Shown here: positions 9,101 through 18,648 of the stretch, piece by piece | How positions within the stretch are numbered: position 1 is the first letter of the stretch | Layout: the number at the start of each line of letters is the position of its first letter | Assembly (NCBI GenBank): GCA_000002435.2 | Contig: CM018791.1 | DNA: 64,000 bases | Direction: 5' to 3' (one strand) | Source of the DNA: Giardia intestinalis | Taxonomy: Eukaryota | The notes under the pieces: model-generated | What the model was told of the DNA's origin: nothing | What the model saw: the letters and a program-made list of their open reading frames with translations, nothing else | Databases searched by the model: none | Position numbers and translations under genes: made by a program

Positions 9101-11280
9101 TTACGGCTCAGAAAGAACAGCAGGAGGCGGCCATCTCCAAGTTTGTAGCGGTCGTTGCTGACAATAAAACGCTCATTGCTCAACATAAGGAAAGCTACGC
9201 AAATCTTACTTCCGAACTTTCAGTAATGATTGCAAACAAAAATGAATGGGTGAAGGAATACAAGCAAATATATGAGCGGGATATAAAGGATGCTGACTAC
9301 TCCTTTGGGGAGGAACATGAGCACCTTCTTGAGAACTTTTCAGATTGCTGGAGCGAGACCATTTCTGTGAGTGACGAGGGAGTTGAGGCACGACCTGCAT
9401 TCAAGCCATTTGGAGTGTATAATCCTTCGGAGCTCCAAGAACCATACTTCACCTCCATGGACGAGATGAAGACAGCTCTAAGGCAGCAGGATGCCGCAAT
9501 GGACCGACGAAAGAGCAGAAGAGAGCAGCGTCGTCGGCTAGAGTGTCTGATAGCAAAAAGAAGAGACCCTATTTTAGAGCAGCTTCGTCAAATGAACGAC
9601 GATATCCAGACTGCTCGCGCAGAACTTCTGGACTCAATGATCACTGGAGAAGGAATTTCTCCCGCGCCAACAGACAAAACGGACAAGACTAAGCACAATT
9701 CTTTGATGCCAAAGCAGGCGCTGTCTGTGTCGCCGTCCATGCTCGCACAAGCTGTTGCAATAAAGTCTCTTGCTGCCAAATACGCTACTGTCATGGGCTT
9801 CTTCACTAAACACACACTTAGTGGGGCATACTGTGTTACCTCCACTTTTGAGCCTGGGCGTACTCGACAACCTGCAGAGGTAGGATTGCTAAGTTTCCGA
9901 AACGGAAACATCACTGGAGAGATGCACCAGACTGATGGAGGCGCTAAGCGTGCATCGTCTACCGGTCCTAATTCACGCGGCAATACAACTGTCGCCGGAA
10001 TGTCTACAAATGCATCCATTAATCCCAATGCAAATAGAGGGTCTGCAGGAGGTTTATCCAATGATAATAAGCAGCTTCATGCTCTTAAACCTTATGCTCG
10101 GAATGCCCTTGCTTACATTTCACAACAACTGGAGGTTGAGCGAAAGGCGCATGCCTTACTTACGCTGATATCATCTCCCTATGGACGTTATCTAATGCCT
10201 TTCCATAAAATACTATCGGACGGGGCACCGTTCCCCAGTGGAGCTCGGTCGAACTCCTTTTATATTATGTGTTCAAAGAGTGATCTATTTATTCCAGCAG
10301 AGCTCCAGGAAGCCATCTTAACGCTGCAGAATCTTTCGGAACGCTATTTCCGCACATCTATTGGTCGTAAAGACCTTTATCTAATTGCAGCAGCTTGTCA
10401 GACTGAACTGGATCTGCGAGCCCAAAATGCGACCAACACTAATAATCCCAATAATGCCAATAATGAACTTCAGCACCTTGGATTGAGCAGGAGGCCTCCA
10501 AACTTGGATTACATGCTTCTTTTGCAAGGGAAGCTAAACAACTTGATCCCTTATTTTGAGGACACCCGCTCTACGTCTGCCATCTCCGGTCTTAATAAAA
10601 GCGCCACGCACCGATCTCTTGCTGACCCCGGCAGGACGTCGCAGCGCTACCCCCAGACCTGCAAGTACATCCAGACCATCCTGGAGCAGGTGATGCGCCG
10701 CTTTGTGGCGATGCCCGGGGTCCTTTCGGGCCTTTATGAGGAGTGCATTGAGGGCATCAGCAACATCAAGGGCCGCATCCTGGAGGCCGTCGTCATAGAG
10801 CTGATCAATATCCTGCAGACCGGGTCCACTGAAAATGTCGATAGGGTTCGCGGCGGCTGCTCCTTCTACGAAAATAACGTGATGCTCCTGCGCTGCCTCC
10901 GCCTGCTCCAGACCGCCATAAACACGCTGGGTGCCGGGACAGTCTTTGAGATACTGCGCGGCCTTGTCTACCCCGTGACTCTTTTGCGCGGCAGCGGCTT
11001 CATCAATGGGGTGGAGAAGACTCAGAAGCCGGTGGCTGAGTCTGACAGCCCAGACAAGAAGCCTCGGAGGTTCAACTACCTGACAGAAGAGGATGTCAAG
11101 AGCGTCGCCAAGATGGTGTCCAAGCCAGAGAACATTACCGGGAGCTTCGACGCATCGCTGCTGCAGAAGATAGACGATAGCAATGCGCGCAGGCGTCTGC
11201 TTCTACAGACACAGTACGGCGGCCGCCATCACCTCAATGCAATAAGACAGCGCAGGCGTCGTGCCGAGATATACTTCTAA
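6187..11280 (+). CDS. CDC7-like Ser/Thr protein kinase with ~1280-aa C-terminal extension
   Basis: ATG at 6187 after tatttaaaaaggaa. The N-terminal kinase domain has [44 protein letters not shown], a long kinase insert, then [11 protein letters not shown] and [13 protein letters not shown]. This closely parallels the CDC7 signature motifs and CDC7's insert architecture. The remaining ~1280 aa are low-complexity or coiled-coil. Confidence 0.7.
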   Translation: [1697 protein letters not shown]

Positions 11281-11400
11281 GTGAATGAAGCACTTCGTTC
11301 GCCCCCGGGTAGTCCTAGCGATCAAAAAGCTGGTGTGGTGTTGGCCTCGAGTGCAGGTGCTAAGGGGCTATGCAATATACACCAGTGAAAATATTACGTG

Positions 11401-14326
11401 GTGGTGCTGCTGGGGCCTGCCTGCGGGCGCTGTCCGCAAATCTCGCGAGTAAATTCCCGCTCAATTTTTGGCGATGTCCGGAGACGAGGGTTGGTCGTGT
11501 ATCAATATAAAGACCACAGTGGTGGTAGGGAGGAGCTGTCTGCATTCCTCGGCTGTTCTGCGGGTGTGTGCTCGGTCTAGGTGTGCACATAGGTCCTTTT
11601 GGAGATCAAGCCGTCCTGCAGGCTCGCTGGTCTACTAGGGTGCCTCTTCTTGTTCTCCCTTCACGGTGAGTGAAGCTCAGGTCTTTGTTGTCATTCTCAA
11701 TACTGTCCATACAGATCAGCAGCAGCTAACGGGGCGTTCTCTCCTGGTTGGGATTCCACTCGACTGCGTGTCCAGTCTTGGGCCCCTTCTCGATCGTTGT
11801 CGTCGGGTCCCGGGGATGGGCTCATTCGGTTGTCAGAAGTAGGATGACAGGAGGCGGTCGCTCTGGGTGACCAGGCTTTCGGCCCGGCCCGTCTGATCAG
11901 CTTCGTCGGGTGCTCGTTCGCCTCTGCAGCCATGTGGGCGATGGCGAAGGCAGCCCGGACAGAGAGCTTCTCGACGTCCACGTAGAGCTCCTCGAGGTGC
12001 CTCTTGGACTTGGGGTGGAGGGATCCGTCTGTCTCGTCCCTGTACTTCTTGACCTTCTCGTTGTAGTAGGCATCCATCTGGCGGGGCTGGATGACGCCCA
12101 CATCTATCGCCTTGCACTTGTCGACGAGCCAGATGTCGGGCTTCTGGTTCTGGTCGCTGAGGTGGCTGTGGGTCTTGACCTCCAGCTCTGCGTTGAACTT
12201 CCCTGAGACGCGGAGGTACAGGCACGCGACGATCATGTCGTGCCTCGTGGCAGCCCGGGCAGGTGCCTCTTGTCTGCGCCATGATCGAGCCATCTCTCTC
12301 CTTCAGGGCCCTTTCCTCCTCGGTCAGCACGCCGCCGCTCTGTCCGGAAGCTGGTGTATGCGTGAGGAGGCGGTTGAAGTAGGTCCCTTCCCCTGCAGTG
12401 CCTGGCCTTCCACCGACAGCTCCACCGGGTCTCTGGCTCCCTTGTTGACGTCCGGGGAGGCCCATACCCTCCGCAGCTCGTCGTGGCAGAGCCCCGGCAT
12501 GAGCAGGCCCGGGCCGCCCTTCTCCTTCGGGTACGCCAGGAAGTCGACCAGGCGATCGCAGCTTCTGTTAGTTATTTTGCTGAAGCCTTGTGCGATGTCT
12601 GTCGAGCTCCTCGTAGTCCGCCTTGTCCGATGTTACTTCGACCAGGGGGGCGTAGTTCACCATCGGGACCACACAGAGTGACACCAGGATGAGCTTCTGG
12701 TGGGTGGTTATGGGGGCAGTCTCAGCACCTGCGATGGCCTTCGGCGCGGGACTGGCAGGGGTGGGGGACACCGGGTGGTTGAGGAAGGTCACCTCCTCGC
12801 CCGCCATGGTGGACTTGCATTTGTCGCTCCTGATCGTCAGGCCCATGGTCTGCTGTGTTATCGCGCCTGCCGGGTAGGCCTCGTCGTGGAGCGTCACGAT
12901 GTCGTCCGCTAGGCAAGGAAGGTGATGCCCCTCTCCCTGAGGCGTCTCAGAGGCGCTCGGTAGCCATGCAGAAGAGGAACATGCTGAGCGGGTCGCCCTG
13001 GGGGACGCCGCAGACCTCGCACTTCACGTCCCGGCTGTGCCTCAGGTCGAGGAAGTTCCTGATGTAGTCGACCAGGACCTTCGGGACGCCCGCCTCGTTC
13101 AGGGCTCTGACGACCTCCGCCCTTGGGAGCGAGTTGAAGGCCTTCTTTGTGTCGAGGGAGACGGCGTGCATCCCCGGCCTGCTGATGAGCTCGTGGGCCC
13201 TCCTCACGCCTACCGCGTATGCGTTCTGCATGAAGGCGATCTGTTCGCACGAGAGGTAGTTGGCATGCTTGATCAGCCGCTTCAGCAGGACGCGGTGGAA
13301 GATGTTTGTCACCGTCTTGCCTATCGCGATCGGACGGTATCCGTCGGACTCCTTCGGGATGAGGATCGCCCGGAACTCGAACATGGCCGTCACCTCGGGC
13401 ATCGCCTCGGGGTGGGTGGTCAGCTCGTTGTACGCCTGCGTGAGGTACTTCACGAAGCTATCGTTCTGCTTCATCGCTTTGAGCTGGACCGGCCCGAGAC
13501 CAGACAGGCCTTGTTGAGGGTTCCAAACAGGACCTTCCTCATTTCTTCTTCGGTTGCCACTCCAGCCCCGTCGAGCTCATCGATGGAGGGCAGTCAAGGC
13601 CAACGTGGCCTTTGGGAGGACGCACGGGTGTCTCATCAAGGGCGCGGAGGGCCTTGGCAACTGCTCCGAAGCTCAGCGCGTTGTTCACCCTATTTGGAGC
13701 GGTGTCTCCTTCTGGGTCTGCTATGCTGTGCTGCTTGCTCCGGGCCTCCTACCAGGGTGTTCAGGCCCTTGTTAACGAGGAGCGCGACCCCAGTCCCGGC
13801 CTGCTCGATGCTCGCGATCATGCGCGCACCCTGGTGGATGAGCATGGCAAGCTCTGTCTGGTTCGGTATATGGGATGGAATGATCAGTTTGTCGTCGCCT
13901 AGCATTCTGTGTCTGTCATCGTTTGCTTCTCTCAGGTGCTCGGTCAGTTGCTTGGCGCTCTCGCACGGTAGGCCACAGAGCCAGCGTGTGTGTCCTGCTG
14001 AGAGAGTAAATGTCTTCGGAGTGGTCTCCCAAGTAGAGACTCACGGCTTGCTCTCTGGGTGTCCCTGAGGTACGATTTTGCATTCGTAGTGCAGATCTGG
14101 TCCTCGCGGGCTCTCCTTCGCCTCAGGTCCAGCTGTGCTCACGCCCGTAGAACAGCCGTGGAACGCACAGACCCCAGATCCACACGTGGAGGGAACCCCT
14201 CTTTGCCCCCGCTGTGGTTATCGTTGCAACCCGCGGCCAACCCTCATCTCCGGACTGGCTGGGAATTGAGCAAGAGTTTACCCGTGAGACCTCTGGACCA
14301 TACCTGCAGACAGGCCTCAGCGGCAC
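11401..14326 (-). mobile_element. degenerate non-LTR retrotransposon copy (Genie family, GilD-like: RT + C-terminal REL-endonuclease); arm A of a ~3-kb inverted repeat
   Basis: Minus-strand ORF fragments carry RT motifs (RPIAIGKTVTNIFHRVL; VSLDTKKAFNSL; GVPQGDPLSMFLF; LADDIV after a frameshift; GLTIRSDKCKS). REL-endonuclease motifs are also present (CPGC...RHNMIVA...KPDIWLVDKCKAIDVGV...YYNEKVKKY). The element is >99% identical in reverse complement to 22682-25660; homologous positions sum to ~37008. Confidence 0.65.
11697..13905 (-). pseudogene. frameshifted RT/REL-endonuclease ORF remnants of the retroelement
   Basis: The RT and endonuclease motifs are split over at least three reading frames (track ORFs 12947..13474, 12568..12897, 11833..12465 and 11697..12293, all on the minus strand). 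Confidence 0.6.
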
Positions 14327-15030
14327 ACCACTGGAAGCAACCGGTGGATGGAGTGAATGTGTCCATGAGCAGAAGGGCGGGCCGGGCGTCTCTTCCGCAC
14401 CAACCAGGGATCGACCTGGGGGTCCACGGGCACACGCTACAGTCCAGGAGGACACATGGTGAGCGCACCCCGACGGCAGGATCGATGGTCCACTCCACGA
14501 GGAGGCGAGAAGGAACCCGAGTAGACATTCCAAGGCCATGACACATGCGACCTTCATCATGTAGCACCGAGCGACTCTGGACTACATGCAGGGATCATTG
14601 CTGCCAGGGCCAGATCGTTGCAACTGACAATAGGGCCTTGGGGTAGCGGTGCTTACCAGGTGTCAGGCAGCAGCCGACCCCCACAGAAGTTGAACGAAGG
14701 AAAGGAGAAGCCCTTGGAAGGCACTGCGAAGAACATGCAGTGACCCCGAAGGGCGAGGAGGCATAGGGGTCTTCTCTCGCTAGAGTTAGATGGCACCTGA
14801 GTGAAAGACCCTCTTGGTGAAATGGCAACTCGCATGAAGGACTTACTCAAGCAGCAGCTAATAAACTAGCTTCGGTGACACAGGGTAAATTTCATAAATC
14901 AAGATTTGTTTTATAGTATTTTGGCACGGGCTGGGAATGTGAGGTACTCCTCTTGTAAAGTCTATCTTCCAGAGTTCTTTGCTCCTTTTGAAGAGACACG
15001 ATAGGTTTACTTGTGAGGTCACAAAGCAGT

Positions 15031-17232
15031 CTAAGGATCATTATGACCATCGACACCAAGTGTACTACTGCTGCTAAGGAGAGACAATATTTCGGAATAG
15101 CCCCTAGTCTCAAGCTCACTAAAAAAGAACTTGTTAGATTTGTCTACTAGGTGTCCCTCCTTTTCAAATAGCAGTTTTACTATTTCTAAGTGGCCAGTAA
15201 ATGCTGCATACATGATAGCAAGCATACCATAATTGTCCTCCATACCGTTTTCATACTTCATTAGCAGTTCTACTATTTCTAAGTGGCTATTAAGTGCTGC
15301 ATACATGAGAGCAGTCTTATTTTTACTATCTTTCATTCCAGCCTCACACCCCAGCAATAGTCTTACTACCTCCAGATAGCCATCAGAGGCCGCCCTCATA
15401 AGGGCTGTTACGCCATTGAGGTCCTTCATAGTGCTCTCACGGTTCATTAGCATTTTCACTATCTCTAAGTGCCCCCTAGATGCGGCCTCCATGAAAGCAG
15501 TTGTTCCAAAAACATCTTGTGCACAACTTTCATGGTCTATTAGTAGTCTTGCTACCTCTGTGTGGCCGCCTATTGCTGCTCGCATTAATGCCGTGACACC
15601 AAATTCATCGGTTGGCTCAAGAATATCCATAACAATTTTGTGCCCTGCATCCCTAGCAATCGTCAGGGCCGTATTACCTTCGTTGTCGACTAGGTCCCTC
15701 TCGTACGGGATCAAAATGGAGGCAGTTTCTGCGCTACCATTCTCTGCAGCGATCATTAGGGCAGTCCAGCTACTGTTATTCCTCTTTCCATGCTCATGAG
15801 GGACGAGAATTTCAACTACCTCAGGGTGGTTGCTGTGTGCGGCGTGCATGAGTGCAGTCCAGCCATTCTTGTCTCTGAAGCCATTCTCCTCCTCAACAAG
15901 CAGCTTGACAGGACCGATGTGCCCCTGCTGGGCTGCGTGCATGAGGGCCGTCATCTTCTGCTCATCGCGCTGACCAATATTGAATCCCTCGTTGACCAAG
16001 GTCCAAACGGCCTCCATGTCATTCGTGTGTGCAGCACGTATCAGCCTAGGGAGCAAGAGGAGATTGAACTGAGAGTTGGATGTAGCTAATCCAGTGCTAA
16101 GTTGTGCGATTCTATTTTCTAGTACTCTTATTATGGCTAGGTACTCTTTATCCCGATCTTCAAGCGCATCAATCCTGGTGAATTTAATTCGAGGCTCCTG
16201 TCCCAAACTGTCGATTTTACTTTGCCTACTCTCGAGGGCTGTCTCAAGAGCAGTGATCCTGTCCAATTTGGCCTCCGCATCCGCTTCCAGAAGTGCGATC
16301 CTGGTATTAATATTACTTAGCGCATCCTCCAAGGAGCCGCATTTGCCTTCTAGTACCACTTGCCGAGGTTCTAGCTCACTAACTGGGACGTCGAATGTGG
16401 TGAGCATTTCATACAGCTCCTTGGCTGTCAGTCTTTCCTCAGGATCTAGTACAAATATCCTCTTTAGAATGCCCTTTATGAAGTTACTAGTTACACCGCT
16501 CAGGTCTGGCCTCCACCCGTCGACGAAGACCTTTGCCGGCTCCTCACCCTCCAGGAAGTCCGGTCTCCTCAGAGTTACTAGTTCATAAATGATGACCCCG
16601 AGGCTCCACATGTCGGAAGCATGGCTGGTCTCATTACGGAGGAGAATCTCGGGGGCCATGTACGCCACTCCCATGATAGTGCTCTCACTCCACAGGGCGT
16701 CTATGCAGAGGCTAAGGCCAGCAAGGACGACGTGTTTGTTATCTGCGCTGATGAGGATATTGGTAGGCCTAAGATCGCAGTGAACAAGCTCCTCAACATC
16801 TACCTCACTAACGCTGTGGAGATAGGCGAGGGCGGCAGCGATCTGTTTCACAATGAAGAGGATCACGCTAACAGAGATAAAGTTTCTCTTTCGTTTGTAC
16901 TTGGTGAGAAGACGCTTGAGAGTCTTGTCGTGGCGATCCATGACAATGTAAATGAAGCCCTCGTTCTCAATAATTTGATGGTACCTGAGGATCCCTGGGT
17001 GGGAGAGCTCGGGGAAGGTAATCAGCTCTAGTCTGCTGGCATCCACGCTGCTCCTGTCCAGATGATCGAGGATGATCTCCTTCACGGCGAGACTCGGATA
17101 GCCCTTGAGGGAGTAGACTGCGCCCGTGATGCTTTCATTAAGCACGTCGTCTATCAGCTCGTGGAGCTCCCTGGGGGTGAACATAGGCACCCTGAGAGCC
17201 ACCGTTGCAGACTCAGATGAAGCAGCGTGCAT
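15031..17232 (-). CDS. NEK-like kinase-domain protein (probable pseudokinase) with coiled coil and C-terminal ankyrin repeats
   Basis: Genuine ATG at 17232 after A/T-rich ccaaaataataaaacggg. The kinase-like N-terminus has VKEI, HCDLRPTNIL (HRD changed to HCD), AGL in place of DFG, and YMAPE, so it has lost the DFG Asp and the Gly loop. This is followed by a coiled coil and more than 8 ankyrin repeats (TALMHAAQQGH..., TALMIAAENG...). Confidence 0.7.
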   Translation of the reverse strand: MHAASSESATVALRVPMFTPRELHELIDDVLNESITGAVYSLKGYPSLAVKEIILDHLDRSSVDASRLELITFPELSHPGILRYHQIIENEGFIYIVMDRHDKTLKRLLTKYKRKRNFISVSVILFIVKQIAAALAYLHSVSEVDVEELVHCDLRPTNILISADNKHVVLAGLSLCIDALWSESTIMGVAYMAPEILLRNETSHASDMWSLGVIIYELVTLRRPDFLEGEEPAKVFVDGWRPDLSGVTSNFIKGILKRIFVLDPEERLTAKELYEMLTTFDVPVSELEPRQVVLEGKCGSLEDALSNINTRIALLEADAEAKLDRITALETALESRQSKIDSLGQEPRIKFTRIDALEDRDKEYLAIIRVLENRIAQLSTGLATSNSQFNLLLLPRLIRAAHTNDMEAVWTLVNEGFNIGQRDEQKMTALMHAAQQGHIGPVKLLVEEENGFRDKNGWTALMHAAHSNHPEVVEILVPHEHGKRNNSSWTALMIAAENGSAETASILIPYERDLVDNEGNTALTIARDAGHKIVMDILEPTDEFGVTALMRAAIGGHTEVARLLIDHESCAQDVFGTTAFMEAASRGHLEIVKMLMNRESTMKDLNGVTALMRAASDGYLEVVRLLLGCEAGMKDSKNKTALMYAALNSHLEIVELLMKYENGMEDNYGMLAIMYAAFTGHLEIVKLLFEKEGHLVDKSNKFFFSELETRGYSEILSLLSSSSTLGVDGHNDP

Positions 17233-17544
17233 CCCGTTTTATTATTTTGGTACTTTACTGTTTTAGAAACGGGTCGTTTTACATAGGTTAATATCTACAG
17301 GTCTATAGCGATCCCATGTCTGTGGAGAGCTTCTGCATAAGAGGCGAGAAGGCTGCCTGTGCAATCGTTTCACCTACCCCTGGTGTTCCAGTGCTGGCCG
17401 GGGGTGAGAAGGCCAGCCCCCTCTGACCTCTGTGGAAACGGATGGTTGTGTGACCCACTGACAGCCATCACTTCACCCTAGTGGCTGGCCATCCCTTTGC
17501 ACAGCTGGAGGGGACTACGATCTATCATCAAATTCGATCAACAG

Positions 17545-18294
17545 TTAAGCGAGTTCACTCACAGGTTCTTTAGGCGGTATCCTCAAGTAGGGATCCACTA
17601 GCCTAATACCATTGCTTTCAAGAAGAGATACTACCCTAGAGTGATTCCACCTATTAGCCATACGGATGGCAGACTCGCCACCGACATTCTTCTCCCTCTC
17701 CAGCAGTAACCTGACACAGTCTAGATGATTATAGCCTGCTGCAACCGTGAGAGCAGTACAGCCCTTACCCTTCTTCATGCCACCTTCAGTCCTTAAAAGT
17801 AGTCTCACGACCTCAGCGTGGCCAATAAATGCTGCCCACATAAGGGCTGTCCATTCATTACTGCTCCTCATGCAACTCTCATGCTTTCTCAGCAGCCTCA
17901 CCACCTCAGCGTGTCCAAGCACCGCGGCGACCATCAGGGCTGTCCCCTCATATATATTTATGCCTCCCACATTGACAAGCTTCGCCACCATTCTTGCCTG
18001 ATAAGGGATGTAGCGCTTCACCGCATCCACATCGTTCCTCTTAGCTGCCTCCATAAGTGTGGTGACGCCGTTTCCGTCCACGCTGCCTTCATCATCTAGT
18101 TCTGAAGACTCAGTAAGACTGTTCTTGCCCGCGCCCTCTTCGCTCGTGTCCTTCTCTGGCGCGAGGGGCGGGGCGCAGTCGTGCTTCTGAAGGAACTGAC
18201 CTAAATCATCCGCAGACGACATTTTTATTTCGTAGTCACAAAGGAAACGCGTGTAACGGTAAACTTGCGATTCACGGTATTGTTTACAGATCAT
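17545..18294 (-). CDS. ankyrin-repeat protein (Protein 21.1-like); more likely start is the second ATG at 18222
   Basis: Ankyrin repeats are present (TTLMEAAKRNDVDAVKRY; TALMVAAVLGHAEVVRLL; TALMWAAFIGHAEVVRLLL; TALTVAAGYNHLDCVRLLL). The upstream ATG at 18294 lacks A/T-rich context. The in-frame ATG at 18222 (MSSADDLGQF...) is preceded by gaaataaaa. Confidence 0.6.
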   Translation of the reverse strand: MICKQYRESQVYRYTRFLCDYEIKMSSADDLGQFLQKHDCAPPLAPEKDTSEEGAGKNSLTESSELDDEGSVDGNGVTTLMEAAKRNDVDAVKRYIPYQARMVAKLVNVGGINIYEGTALMVAAVLGHAEVVRLLRKHESCMRSSNEWTALMWAAFIGHAEVVRLLLRTEGGMKKGKGCTALTVAAGYNHLDCVRLLLEREKNVGGESAIRMANRWNHSRVVSLLESNGIRLVDPYLRIPPKEPVSELA

Positions 18295-18622
18295 CCAAGA
18301 TAGTTCGCTTCACTGACTATTCACTGTGCCGTGCTCCTCTGTAGTAACAAGTTGACTGTTTAGGGGTAATGAACTTTATGGGGCCTCTCTTCGGCAACCA
18401 GGAGCTCCCGGCTCTCGTAAGTGGAAACAACGCCAGAGCTAGTGCTCGTGGCGATCCAAGCAAGCCTCGCCCATCCGAGCAGGCCTGCGTCGTCCTGTCC
18501 TACGAGGAGTACTTGATGGGTGAATTGCAATAGCTGATCATTACTAGAGGGTTCCGTGGACATGCATTGCTCGAGCGTGTCTCAGAGCACTGCCTACAAG
18601 TCTATATACGGCACCAGTATGC

Positions 18623-18637
18623 GTTTACTACCTAAGT
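18623..18637 (-). promoter_or_regulatory. VSP extended polyadenylation signal ACTTAGGTAGTAAAC
   Basis: Reverse complement of 18623-18637 is ACTTAGGTAGTAAAC, 11 nt downstream of the VSP stop. It matches the VSP consensus ACTYAGRTAGTRAAY, which contains the general Giardia AGTRAAY signal. Confidence 0.7.
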
Positions 18638-18648
18638 CACATCTAAAT

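Noticed and set aside
13037-14068. 343-aa ORF antisense to the retroelement RT, present identically in both inverted-repeat arms (also 22940..23971)
   Set aside because: Identity between arms is expected because the arms are >99% identical. The translation is R/G/L/V-rich with no motifs, typical of an antisense open frame in GC-rich sequence.
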